DNA of 64,000 bases from the human T2T-CHM13v2.0 reference genome, Homo sapiens, in NCBI RefSeq assembly GCF_009914755.1, contig NC_060946.1; one strand, written 5' to 3'. Positions 44,744 to 58,800 of the stretch are shown in pieces (position 1 is the first letter of the stretch; each line of letters begins with the position of its first letter). The position numbers and the translations under genes were made by a program. Under the pieces are notes generated by a model. It ran no database searches. It was not told the DNA's origin and saw nothing but the letters and a program-made list of their open reading frames with translations.

Positions 44744-47700
44744 TACTCCTCAATCAAAAGAAAGTTTCAACTCTGTGAGGTGAATGCACACATCACAAAG
44801 GAGTTTCTGAGAATGGTTCTGTGAAGTTTTTATGTGAAGGTTTTTCCTTTACCACCATAGGCCATAAAGCGCTCCAAATGTTCTCTTGCAGATCCTTCAG
44901 GAAGAGTATTTCAAAACTGCTCAATCAAAAGAAAGGTTCAACTCAGTGAGATAAATGCACACATCACAAAGAAGTTTCTCAGAATGCTTCTTTCTAGTTT
45001 TCATGTGAAAATACTTCCTTTTCCAACATAGACCTCAAAGCACTACAAATGTCCACTTTCAGATTCCACAAAAAGAGAATTTAAAAGCTGCTCATTCAAA
45101 AGAAAGTTCAACTCTGTGAGATGAATGCACACATCACAAAGAAGTTTCTGAGAGTGCTTCTGTCTAGTTTTTATGTGAAGATATTTCCTTTTCCTCCATA
45201 GGCCCCAAAACGCTACAAATGTCCCCTTGCAGATTCTACAAAAAGAGTATTTAAAACCTGCTCAATCACAAGAAAGGTTCAACTCTGTGAGTTGAATGCA
45301 CTAAGCAAAGAAGTTTCTCAGAGTGCTTCTGTGTAGTTTTTACATGAGGATATTTCCCTTTCCACCATGGGCCCGAAGAGCCTCCAAATATCCAACTGCA
45401 GATTCTACAAAAAGATTGTTTCAAAACTGCTCAATCAAAAGAAAGTTTCATCTCTGAGAGATGAATGCACGCATCACAAGGAAGTTTCACGGAATGCTTC
45501 TGTCTAGTTTCTATCTGAAGATATTTCCTTTTCCTCAATAGGCCACAAAGCCCTCCAAATATCCTCTTGCAGGTTCTGCAAAAAGTGTGTTTCAAAACTG
45601 CTCAATCAAAAGAAATGTTCAAGTCTGAGGGATGAATGTACACATCACAAAGAAGTTTCTCAGAATGCTTCTGTCTAGTTTTTATGTGAAGATATTTCCT
45701 TTACCGGCATGGGACGCAATTCGTTTCAAATATCCTCTTCCAGATTCTACCAATAGAGTCTTTCAAAACTGCTCAATCAAAAGACAGGTTCAACTCTGTG
45801 AGATGAATGCACACATCACAATGAAGTTTTTCAGAATGCTTCCATCTAGTTTTTATATGAAGATATTTCCTTTTCCACAATAGTCCTCAAAGCGCTCCAA
45901 ATGTACACTGGCAGATTCTACAAACAGGGTGTTTCAAAACTGCTCAGTGAAAGAAGGTTCAACTCCGTGAGATGAATGCACAGATTACAAAGGAGTTTGT
46001 CAGAATATTTCTGTGTAGTATTTATGTGAAGACATTTCCTTTTACACCGTAGGCCCCAAAGTGCTCCAAATATCCACCTGCAGATTCTGTAAGAAGAGTG
46101 TTTCAAAGCTGGTCAATCTAGAGAAAAGTTCAACTCTGTGAGATGAATGCACACATCCAAAAGAAGTTTCTCAGAATGCCTCTGTCTAGATTTTATTTGA
46201 AGATATTTCCTTTTCAACCATAGGCCTCAAAGCGCTCTAAATGTCCAGTTGCAGATTCTACAAAAAGAGTGCTTCAAAACTGCTTAATCGAAAGTAACGT
46301 TCAACTCTCTGAGATGAATGAACACATCGCAAAGAAGCTTGTCAGGATGCTTCTGTCTAGTTTTTATGTGAGGATATATCTTTTCACACTGTAGGCTGCA
46401 AAGTGCTCCAAACGTTCACTTGCAGATTCTACAAAAAGACTGTTTCCAAACTTCTCAATCAAAGGAAAGATTCAACTCTGTGAGATGAATGAAGACATCA
46501 CAAAGAATTTTCTCAGAATGATTCTAGTTTTTATGTGAAGATATTTCCTTTTCCACCGTAGGCCTCAAAGCACTGCAAATGTCCACTTGAGAATAGTACA
46601 AAGAGGGTTTTTCAAAACTGCTTGATCAAAAGTAAGGTTCAACTCCATGAGATGAATGCACATATCACAAGGAAGTTTGTCAGAAAACTTCTGTCTAGTG
46701 TTTATGTGAAGATATTTTCTTTTCCACCACAGGCCTCAAAGCGCTAAGAATGTCCACTTGCAGATTCTTCAAAAAGAGTGTTGCCAAACCGCTCAATGAA
46801 AAGAAATGTTCAGCTCTGTGAGATGAATGCACACATCACGAAGAAGTTTCTCAGAATGATTCCGTCTAGATTATATGTGAAGATATTTCCTTTTCCACCA
46901 TAGGCCGCAAAGCGCCCCAAATGTCCACTTGCACATTCTACAAAAAGTGAGTTTCAAAACCACTCTATCCAAAGAAAGATTCAACTCCGTGAGGTGAATG
47001 CACAGATTACAAAGGAGTTTGTCAAAATGTATCTGTATAGTTTTTATGTGAAGATATTTCCCTTTCTACCATAGGCCTCAAAGCGCTCCAAATGTCCACT
47101 TGCAGATTCTACAAAAAGAGTGTTTAAAAACTGTTCAATCAAAAGAATGCTTCAGCTCTGTGTGATAAATGCACACATCACAAAGAAGTTTCTCAGAATG
47201 CTTTTGTCAACTTATTATGTGAAGATATTTCAGAATCCAACATAGGCATCAAAATGCTCCAAATGTACACTTGCAGATTCTACAAAAAGGGTGTTTCAAA
47301 ACTGCTCAAACAGAAGAAAGATTCAACTCTGTGCGACGAATGCACACATCACAAGGAAATTTGTCAGAATGCGTCTGTCTAGTTTTTATGTGAAGATATT
47401 TCCTTTTCCTCCATAGGCCTTAAAGCCCTCCAAAAGACCACTTGCACACTCTACAAAAAGACTGTTTCAAAACTGCCCAATCAAAAGAAAGTTTCAACTC
47501 CGTGAGATGAATGCACACATCACAAAGAATTTTCTCAGAATGATTCTGTCTAGTTTTTATGTGAAGATATTTCATTTCCACCATAGGCCTCAAAGAGCTC
47601 CAATTGTCCACTTGCAGATTCCACAAAAAGAGTGTTTCAAAACTGCTCCATCGAAAGTAAGGTTCAACTCTGTGAGATGAATGCACATATCCCAAAGAAG

Positions 47701-49805
47701 GTTGTCAGAATGATTCTGTCTAGTATTTATGTGAAGATCTTTCCTTTTCCACCATAGGCCGCGAAGCGCTCCAAATGTCCAATTGCAGATTCTACAAAAA
47801 GAGTGTTTCAAAACTGCTCAATCAAAAGAAAGGTTCAACTCAGGGAGATGAATGCACACATCACAAAGAAATTCGTCAGAATGCTTCTGTCTAGTTTTTA
47901 TGTGAAGATATTTCCTTTTCCACCATAGGCCTCAAAGCACTCCAACTGTCCACAGGCAGATAGTACAAAAAGGGTTGTTCAAAACTGCACCATCAAAAGT
48001 CAGGTTCAACTCAGAAAGATGAAGGCACATATCACAAAGACATTTGACAGAATGTTTCTATCTAATTTTTATGTGAAGATATTTCCTTTTCAACCATAGG
48101 ACCCAAAGCGTTCCAAGTGTCCACTTGCACACTCTACAAAAAGAGTGTTTCCAAACTGCTCAATCAAAAGGAAGTTTTAACTCTATGAGATACATGCACA
48201 CATCGCAAAGTAGTTCCTCAGAATGCTTCTGTCCTGTTTTTATGTGAAGATATTTCCTTTTCAGCCATAGACCTCAAAGCTCCCCAAATATCCACTTGCA
48301 GATTCTAAAAAAGATTGTTACAAAACTGCTCAATCAAAAGAAAATTTCAACTCTGTGAGGTGAATGCACACATGACAAAGGAGTTTCTCAGAATGCTTCT
48401 GTTTAGTTTTTATGTGAAGATATTTCCTTTTCCACTATAGGCAGTATAGCACCCCAAATATCCACTTGCAGATTCTACAAAAAGAGTGTTTCTAAGCTGC
48501 TCTATCAAAAGAAAGTTTCGAGTCTGTGAGATGACTGCACATATCACAAAGAAGTTCCTCAGAATGCTTCTGTCTAGTTTTTATGTGAAGATATTTCCTT
48601 TTCCACCATAGGCCTCAAATCGCTCCAAATGACCAATTGCAGATTCTAAAAAAAGAGTTTTTCAAAACTTCTCAATCAAAAGAAGGGTTCAACTCTCTAA
48701 GGTGAATGAACATATCGGAAATTATCTCAGACTGCTTCTGTTTAGTTTTCATGTGAAGATATTTCCTTTTCCACTATATGCAGTATAGCACTCCAAATAT
48801 CCACTTGCAGATTCTACAAAAAGAGTGTTTCAAAACTGCTAAATCAAAAAATCAACTCTGTGTGATGCATGCACACATCACAAAGAAGTTTCTCAGAATG
48901 CTTCTGTCTAGTTTTTATGTGAAGATATTTACTTTTCCACAACAGGCCTCAAAACCCTCCAAATATCCACTTGCAGATTCTAAAAAAGGGTGTTACAAAA
49001 CTGCTCAATCAAAAGAAAATTTCAACTCTGTGAGGTGAATGCACACATGACAAAGGAGTTTCTCAGAATGCTTCTGTTTAGTTTTTATGTGAAGATATTT
49101 CCTTTTCCACCATAGGCCCCAACGTGCTCCAAATGTACATTTCAGACTCTACAAAAAGAGTGTTTCAAAACTGCTCAATCAAAAGAAAGATTCAACTCTG
49201 TGAGATGAATGCACACATCACAAAGGAGTTGTCAGAATGTTTCTATATAGTTTTTATGTGAAGATACTTACCTTTCCACCATAGGCTTCAAAGCACTCCA
49301 AATGTCCACATGCAGATTGTACAAAGTGTTTCAAAGCGGTTCAATCAAATGAAAGGTTCAAACCTGTGAGATGAATGCACACATCACAAAGAAATTTGTC
49401 AGAATGCTTCTGTCTAGATTTCGTGAAGATATTTCCTTTTCCAACATAGGCCTCAAAGCACTCCAAATGTCCACTTGCAAGTAGTACAAAAAGGGTGTTT
49501 CAAAACTGCTGAATCAAAAGAATGGTTCAAATCTGTGAGATGAATACACGTATCATAAAGAAGTTTCTCAGAATGCTTCTGTCTAGTTTTTATGTGAAGA
49601 TTTTTTTTTCACCATGTGCCTCAAATCGCTCCAAATGTCCACTTGCAGGTTCTACAAAAAGAGTGTTTTCAAACTGCTCAATAAAAAGAAAGGTTCAACT
49701 CTTGGAGAAGAATGCACACATCACAAAGAAGTTTCTCAGAAAGTTTCTGTCTAGGTTGTATGTGAAGATATTTCCTTTTCCACCAGAGGCCTCAAAGCGC
49801 TCCAA
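44744..49805 (-). repeat. Alpha satellite, monomeric block C
   Basis: Reverse-orientation ~171-bp monomers (agaatgcttctgtctagtttttatgtgaag), ending at gcctcaaagcgctccaa. Confidence 0.95.
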
Positions 49806-52800
49806 TCCGCTCCACTGCATTTCATTCTGTCCCATTCCATTCCACTCCATTACACTCCACTCCACTCCACTGCAATCCCCTCCACTCCATTCCATTTCAT
49901 TCCATTCCACATCATTCCATTCCATTCATTTCTTTTGACAGGATCTCACTCTGTAACCCAGGCTGTAGTGCAGTGGCACAATCTCAGCTCACATTTCATT
50001 CACCATTCCATTCCATTCCATCCCATTGCACTCCTCTCCATTCCACTCCACTCCGCTCCACTCGACTCCACTCCACTCCACTAGACTCCACTCCACTCCA
50101 CTCCATTCCATTCCATTCCATTCCATTCCATTCCATTCCATTCCATTCCGATCCGTTCCATTCCATTCCTTTCTTTTGACAGGATCTCACCCTGTCAACC
50201 AGCCTGGAGTGCAGTGGCACAATCTCAGATAACATTTCATTTCACAATTCCATTTCAGTCCATTCCATTCCATTGCATTCCATTCAATTCCATTCCACTC
50301 CATTCCATTCCATTCCTTTCCACTCCGCTCCACTCCACTCCACTCCATTCCATTCCATCCCACTCCATTCCACTTCATTACATTCCATGCCACTGCACTC
50401 CATTCCATTCCATCCCATTGCATTCAACTCCACTCCACTGAACTCCACTACAGTACACTACACTCCCTTCCATTCCATTCCATTCCATTACACTAGATTC
50501 CATTCCATTCCTTTCTTTCGACAGGATCTCACTCTGTCACCCAGGCTGGTGTGCAGTGGCACAATCTCAGCTGACATTTCACTTCACCACTCCATTGCAT
50601 TCCATTCCATTCCATTCCATTCCATTCCAAAGCATTCCACTCCACTCCACTCCACTGCACTCCACTTCACTCCACTCAACTCCATTCCATTCCATTCTAT
50701 TCCACTCCTTTCCAATCCACTCCAGTCCACTCCACTCCATCCAAATCCATTTCATTCCACTCCATTCCACTCCACTCCACTCCATTCCACTCCAGTCCAC
50801 TCCACTCCACTCCATTCCATTCCAGTCCATCCCATCCCATTCCACTCCATTCTTCTCCACTACACTACACTCCACTTCACTCTGCTCCACTCCACTCCAT
50901 TCCATTCCATTACACTCCATTACATTCCATTCCTTTCTTCGACAGGATCTCACTCTGTCACCCAGGCTGGAGTGCACCAGCACTATCTCACCTCACATTT
51001 CATTTCACCATTCCACTCCATTCCATTCCATTCCATTCCACTCCACTCCATTCCATTCAATTCCATTGCATTCCATTCCATTCCATTCCACTCCATTCCA
51101 GTCCACTCTACTCCACTCCACTCCACTCCATTCCATTGAATCCCATTCCATTCCACTCCATTCCACTGCAATCCACTCCACTCCACTCTACTCCAATCCT
51201 GTCCATTCCATTCCATTCCATTCACTCCACTCCACTCCATTCCATCTCATTCCATTCCACTCCATTCCACTCCACTCCACTCCACTCCATTCCATCCCAT
51301 TCCATTCCACTCCACTCCACTCCACTCCATTCCATTCTACTCCATCCCATTCCATTCCAGTCCATTCTGCACTCCACTCCACTCCACTCCATTCCACTCC
51401 ATTCCATTCCACTACACTCCATTCCGTTCCATTCCTTTCTTTCGACAGGATCTCACTCTGTCCTCCAGGCTGGAGTGCAGTGGCAAAATCTCAGCTCACA
51501 TTTCATTTCACCATTCCATTCCACTGCATTCCATTCCATTCCATTCCATTCCATTCCATTCCATTCCATTCCATTGCACTCCCATCCACTATATCCATTC
51601 AACCCCATTCCGTTCCATTCCACTCCACTCCACTCCAATCCATTCCATTCCATCCCATTCCATTCCACTCCATTCCACTCCATTCCACTCCACTCCACTC
51701 CATTCCATTCCATTCCATTCTACTCCATTCCATTCCATTCCTTTCTTTCGACAGGATCTCAGTCTGTCACCCAGGCTGGAGTACAGTGACACAATTTCAG
51801 TTCACATTTCATTTCACCATTCTATTCCATTACTTTACATTCCATTCCATTCCATTATATTCCATTCCATTCTATTCCACTCCACTCCACTCCACTCCAT
51901 TCCATTCCATTCCATTCCATCCCATTCCATTCCACTCCATTCCACTCCAGTCCACTCCCCTCCACACCACTCCACTCCATTCAATTCCATCCCATTCCAT
52001 TCCACTCCATTTCACTCCACTTCACTCCACTCTACTCCACTCCATTCAATTGCACTCCAAACCATTCCATTCCAATCCACTCCACTACACTCCAGTCCAC
52101 TACTTTCCACTCCATTCTATTCCATTCCACTCCATTCCATTTCATTCCTTTTCTTCAAGAGGGTCTCACTCTGTCACTGAGGCTGGAGTGTAAGTGGCAC
52201 AATCTCAGCTCACATTTCATTTCACCATTCCTTTCCATTCCATTCCATTCCATTTAATTCCAATCCACTCCACTCCACTCCACGCCATTCCATTCCATTA
52301 CATTCCCGTCCATTCCACTCCTTTCCACTCCAGTCTACTCCACTACATTCCATTCCATTCCATCCAATCCCAATCCACTCCATTCCACTCCTCTCCACTC
52401 GACTCCACTCCACTTCACTCCATCCCTCTCCATTACATTACATTACATTACATTACATTACATTACATTACATTACACTCCATTACATTACATTCCTTTC
52501 TTACAACAGCATCTCACTCTGTCACCCAGGCTGCAGTGCAGTGGCACAATCTCAGCTCACATTTCATTTCACCATTCCATTCCATTTCATTCCGTTCCAT
52601 TCCGTTCCATTCCATTCCACTCTACTGCACTCCACTCCACTCCATTCCATTCCACTCCATTCCATTCCACTCCATTCCACTCCACTCCACTCAACTCCAC
52701 TCCAGTCCAGTCTAGGCCACTCTACTCCACTCCATTCCATTCCATCCCATTCAATTCCACTCCATTCCACTCCACTCCAGTCCACTCCACTATACTCCAT

Positions 52801-55800
52801 TCCATTTCGTTCCATTCCATTCGACTCGATTCCATTCCATACCTTTCTTTCGAAAGGATCTCACTCTGTCACACAGGGTGGAGTGCAGTGGCACAATCTC
52901 AGCTCATATTTCATTTCACCATTCCATTCCATTCCATTATATTCCATTCCATTCCATTGCACTCCACTCCACTTCCATCCACTCCATTCCACTCCATTCC
53001 ATCCCATTCCATTCCACTCCATTCGACTCCACTCCACTCCATTACATACCATTCCATTCCACCCCATTACCATCCACAGCACTCCACTCCACTCCACTTC
53101 ACTCCACTCAACTCCATTCCATTCTATTCCACTCCATTCCATTCCATTCCTTTCTTTCGACAGGATCTCACTCTGTCACCCAGGCTGGAGTGCAGTGCAA
53201 AAATCTCAGCCCACATTTCATTTCACCATTCCATTCAATTCAATTCGATTCCATTCCATTAAATTCCACTCTACTCCACTCCACTCCACTCCATTCAATT
53301 GCATCCCATTCCATTCCACTCCATTCCACTTCACTCCACTCCATTCCACTCAACTCATATTTCATTTCACCATTCCATTCCATTCCATTCCACTCCATTC
53401 CACTCCACTCCCCTCCACTCAACTCCACTCCATTTCTTCCCATTCCATTCCACTCTTTTTCATTCCATTCATTTCTTTCGACAGGATCTCACTCTGTCAC
53501 CCAGGCTAGAGTGCAGTGGCACAATCTCAGCTCACCTTTCATTTCAACATTCCATTCCATTCCATTCCACTCCACTGCAGTCCACTCCATTCCACTCCAC
53601 TGCACTCAACTCCACTCCATTCCACTCAATTCCATTGCATTCCTTTCTTTCAAAAGGATCTCACTGTGTCACCCAGGCTGGAGTGCAGTGACAAAATCTC
53701 AGCTCACATTTCATTTCACCATTCCATTCCATACCATTCCATTCCATTCCACTCCACTCCACTCACCTCCACTCCATTAAATTCCATTCCATAAAATTCC
53801 ATTCCGCTCAATTCTACTTCACTCCCCTCCACTCCACTCAAATCCACTCCATTCGTTTCCATTCCACTCCATTTCATTCCATTAATTTCTTTCAACAGGA
53901 TCTCACCCTGTCACCCAGGCTGGAGTGCAGTCTCACAATCTCAGCTCACCTTTGATTGCACCATTCCATTTCATTCCATTCCACTCCACTACACTACACT
54001 CCATTCCACTCCACTCCACTCCACGCCATTTCATTCCATCCCATTCTATTCCACTCCATTCTACTACACTCCACTCCGCTTTACTCCACTCCACTCCACT
54101 CCATTGCATTCCATTCCATCCCATTAAATTCCACTCCAATCCACTCCACTCCACTCTAATCCATTCCATGCCATTCCATTACATTCCATTCTTCCTCATT
54201 CCTTCCATTCTATTCTTTTGACAGGATCTCACTCTGTCACCTAGAATGGAGTACAGTGGCACAATCTCAGCTGACATTTCTTTTCACCATTCTATTCTAT
54301 TCTATTCCATTCCATTCCACTCCATTACCCTCCACTCAACTCCACTCTGCTCCACTACATTCCATTCCATCCCATTCCATTCAACTCCATTCCACTCCAC
54401 ACCACTCCACTCCACTCCTTTCCATTCCTTTCTTTTGACAGGATCAAACTCTGTCACCCACGCTGGAGTGCAGCGGCACAATCTCAGCTCACATTTCATT
54501 TCACCATTCTGTACCATTGCGTTCCATTCCATTCCATTTCATTCCATTCCATTCTATTCCACTCCACTCCACTCCATTCCACCCCATCCCATTCCATTCC
54601 ACTCCATTCCACTCCATTCCAGTCCACTCCACTCCACTCCACTCCATTCCATTCCACTCCATCCCACTCCATTCCACTCAATTCCACTCCACTCCATTCA
54701 ATTCCATTCCATTCTAGTCCATTCCATTCCATTCCTTTATTTCAACATGATCTCACTCTGTCACACAGGCTGCAGTGAAGTGACACAATCTCAGCTCACA
54801 TTTCATTTCACCATTGCATTCAATTTCATTGCCTTCCATTCCATTCCACTCCACTACACTCCACTGCACTCCACTCAACTCCATTCCATTCCAGTCCACT
54901 CCACTCCTCTCCATCCCATTCCATTCCACTACCTTCCACTCTACTCCACTCCATTCCACTCCACTCCACTCCACTCTATTCCATTCTATTCCATTTCATT
55001 CTAATCCATTCCATTCCATTCTTTTCTTTTGACAGGATTTCACTCTGTCACCCAGGCTGGAGTGCAGTGGCACAATCTCAGCCCACATTTCATTTCACCA
55101 TTCCATTCCATTCCATTCCATTCCACTCCACTCCACTCTACTCCATTCCACTCCACTCCACTCCCCTCCTCTCCACTGCATTCCATTCCATTCCACTCCA
55201 CTCCACACCACTCCATTCCACTCCACTCCACTCCACTCCACTCCACTCCACTCCACCCCATTCCATCCCGCTCCATTCCATTGCATTCCTTTTTTTTGAA
55301 AGGATGTCTCTGTGTCACCCAGGCTGGAGTGCACTGGCACAATCTCAGGTCACATTTCATTTCAGCATTCCATTCCATTCCACTCCACTCAACTCAACTC
55401 CACTCCATTCCATTCCATAAAATTCCATTCCACTCCATTCTACTCCACTTCCCTCCACTCCACTCCACTACACTACACTCCCTTCCACTGCACTCCACTC
55501 CACTCCTTTTCATTCCATCCCGTTCTATGCAACTCCATTCCACTCCACACCACTGCACTCCACTCCATTCTATTCTACTCCATCCCTTTCCATTCCACTC
55601 CATTCCACTCCACTGTACTCCACTAAATTCCATCCCATTCCTTTCTTTTGACAGTAGCAAACTCTGTCACCCAGGCTGGAGTGCACTGGCACAATCTCAG
55701 CTCACTTTTCATTTCACCATTCCATTCTATTCTGTTGCATTCCATTCCATTCCATTTCATTCCATTCCATTCCATTCCATTCCATTGCATTCCATTCCAT

Positions 55801-58800
55801 TGCATTCCATTCCATTCAATTCCTTTGTCTTCCACTCCACTCCACTCCACTCCATTCCATCCCATCCCACTGCATTTCACTCCATTCCACTCCATTCCAC
55901 TCCACTCCACTTCACTCAACTCCACTCCACTCCATTCCATTCCACTCAATCCCATTCCATTCCACTCAATTCCACTCCACTCCACTCCACTCCATTCCAT
56001 TCCATTCCATTCTACTCTGTTCCATTCCATTCCTTTCTTTCGACAGGATCTCACTCTGTCACACAGGCTGGAGTGAAGTGGCACAATCTCAGCTCACATT
56101 TCATTTCACCATTGCATTCAATTTCATTCCATTCCATTCCATTCCATTCCACCCCACTCCACTGCATTCCACTCCACTCCACTCCATTCCATTCCACTCC
56201 ATTCCACTGCCCTCCACTCCATCCCATTTCGTTCCACTCCACTCCACTCCACCCCTCTCCATTCCATACCATTCTAACCCATTCCATTCCACTCCCTTCC
56301 ACTCTGCTCCACTCCATTCCACTCACTCTACTCTGCTCCATTCCATTCCATTCCATTTTATTCTAATCCGTTTGATTCCATTCTTTTCTTTTGACAGGAT
56401 CTCACTCTGTCACCCAGGCTGGAGTGCAGTGGCACAATCTCAGCCCACATTTCGTTTCACCATTCCATTCCATTCCTTTCCATTCCACTCCACTCCACTC
56501 TACTCCATTCCACTCCACTCCACTCCACTCCCCTCCACTCCACTGCATTCCATTCCACTCCAATCCACACCACTCCATTCCACTCCACTCCACTCCACCC
56601 CATTCCATCCCACTCCATTCCATTGCATCCCTTTTTTTCGAAAGGGTCTCTCTCTGTCACCCAGCCTGGCGTGCACTGGCACAATCTCAGCTCACATTTC
56701 ATTTCACCATTCCACTCCATTCCATTCCATTCCATTCCATTCCATTCCATTCCATTCCATTCCAATCCATTCCACTTCACTCCACTCAACTCCACTCCAT
56801 TCCATTCCATAAAATTCCATTCCACTCCATTCTACTCCACTCCCCTCCACTCCACTGCACGCCACTCAACTCCATTCCATTCCATTCCATTCCACTCCAT
56901 TCCATTCCATTAATTTCTTTTGACAGGATCTCACTCTGTCACCCAGGCTGGAGTGCAGTAGCAAAATCTCAGCTCACTTTGATGTCACCATTCCATTCCA
57001 TTCCACTCCATTCCACTACACTCCTTTCCACTGCACTCCACTCCACTCCTTTTCATTCCATCCCATTGTATTCCACTCCTTTCTATTCCACTCCTCTCCA
57101 CTCTACTCCACTCCACTCCACTCCACTCCATTCCATTCCATTCCATCCCATTAAATTCCACTCAATTCCACTCCATTCCACTCCACTCTAATCCATTCCA
57201 TTCCATTCCATTCCACCTCATTCCGTTCCATTCTATTCTTTCGACAGGATCTCACTCTGTCACCCAGAATGCAGTGCAGTGGCACAATCTCAGGTCACAT
57301 TTCATTTCACCATTCTATTCCATTCTGTTCCATTCCATTCTAATCCATTCCCCTCTACTCAAGTCCACTCCACTCCACTCCATTCCATTCCATCCCGTTC
57401 TATTCAACTCCATTCCACTCCACACCACTCCACTCCACTCCATTCCATTCCACTCCATCCCTTTCCATTCCACTCCATTCCACTCCGCTGCACTCCACTA
57501 AATTCCATTCCATTCCTTTCTTTCGACGGTAGCAAACTCTGTCACCCAGGCTGGAGTGCACTGGCACAATCTCAGCTCACATTTCATTTCACCATTCCAT
57601 TCCATTCCATTCCGTTCCGTTCCGTTCTGTTCCGTTCCGTTCCGTTCCATTCCATTCCATTCCGTTGCATTCCATTCCATTCCATTCCATTCCATTCCAT
57701 TCCATTTCATTCCATTACATTCAATTCCTTTCTATACCACTCCACTCCACTCCATTCCATCCCATCCCATTCCATTCCACTCCATTCCACTCCACTCCAC
57801 TCAACTCCACTCCACTCAACTCCACTCCATTCCATTCCACTCCACTCCACTCCATTCCATTCCTCTCCATCCCATTCCATTCCTCTCCATCCCATTCCAT
57901 TCCACTCAATTCCACTCCACTCCACTTCACTCCATTCCATTCCATTCCATTCCATTCTACTCTATTCCATTCCATTCCTTTCTTTCGACAGGATCTCACT
58001 CTGTCACACAGGCTGAAGTGAAGTGACACAATCTCAGCTCACATTTCATTTCACCATTGCATTCAATTTCATTCCCTTCCATTCCATTCCATTCCATTCC
58101 ACTCCACTCCACTCCACTGCACTCCACTCCACTCCACTCTATTCCATTCCTCTCCATTCCACTGCCATCCACTCCATCCCATTCTGTTCCCCTCCACTCC
58201 CCTCCATTCCATACCATTCCAACCCATTCCATTCCACTCCCTTCCACTCTACTCCACTCCATTCCACTCCACTCCACTCCATTCCATTCTATTCCATGTC
58301 ATTCTAATCCATTCCATTCCATTCTTTTCTTTTGACAGGTTCTCACACTCTCACCCAAGCTGGAGTGCAGTAGCAAAATCTCAGCTCACATTTCATTTCA
58401 ACATTCCATTCCATTCCATTCCATTCCATTCCATTCCATTCCATTCCATTCCACTCCACTCCACTCCACTCTACTCCATTCCAGTACACTCCACTCTACT
58501 CCCCTCCACTCCACTGCATTCCATTCCATGACATGCATTCCATTCCATTCCATTCCAGTCCACTCCACTCCACTCCATTCCATTCCATTCCTTTCTTTCA
58601 ACAGGATATCACACTGTTCCCCAGGATGGATTGCAGTGGCACAACCTCAGCTCACCTTTCGTTTCGCCATTCTATTCCATTCCATTCCATTCCATTCCAC
58701 TCCTCTCCACGCCATTCTTGTCCACTCCCCTCCACTCTACGCCAGTCCGTTCCATTCCATTCCACTCCACTCCACTCAACTCCACTCCACTCCAATCCAT

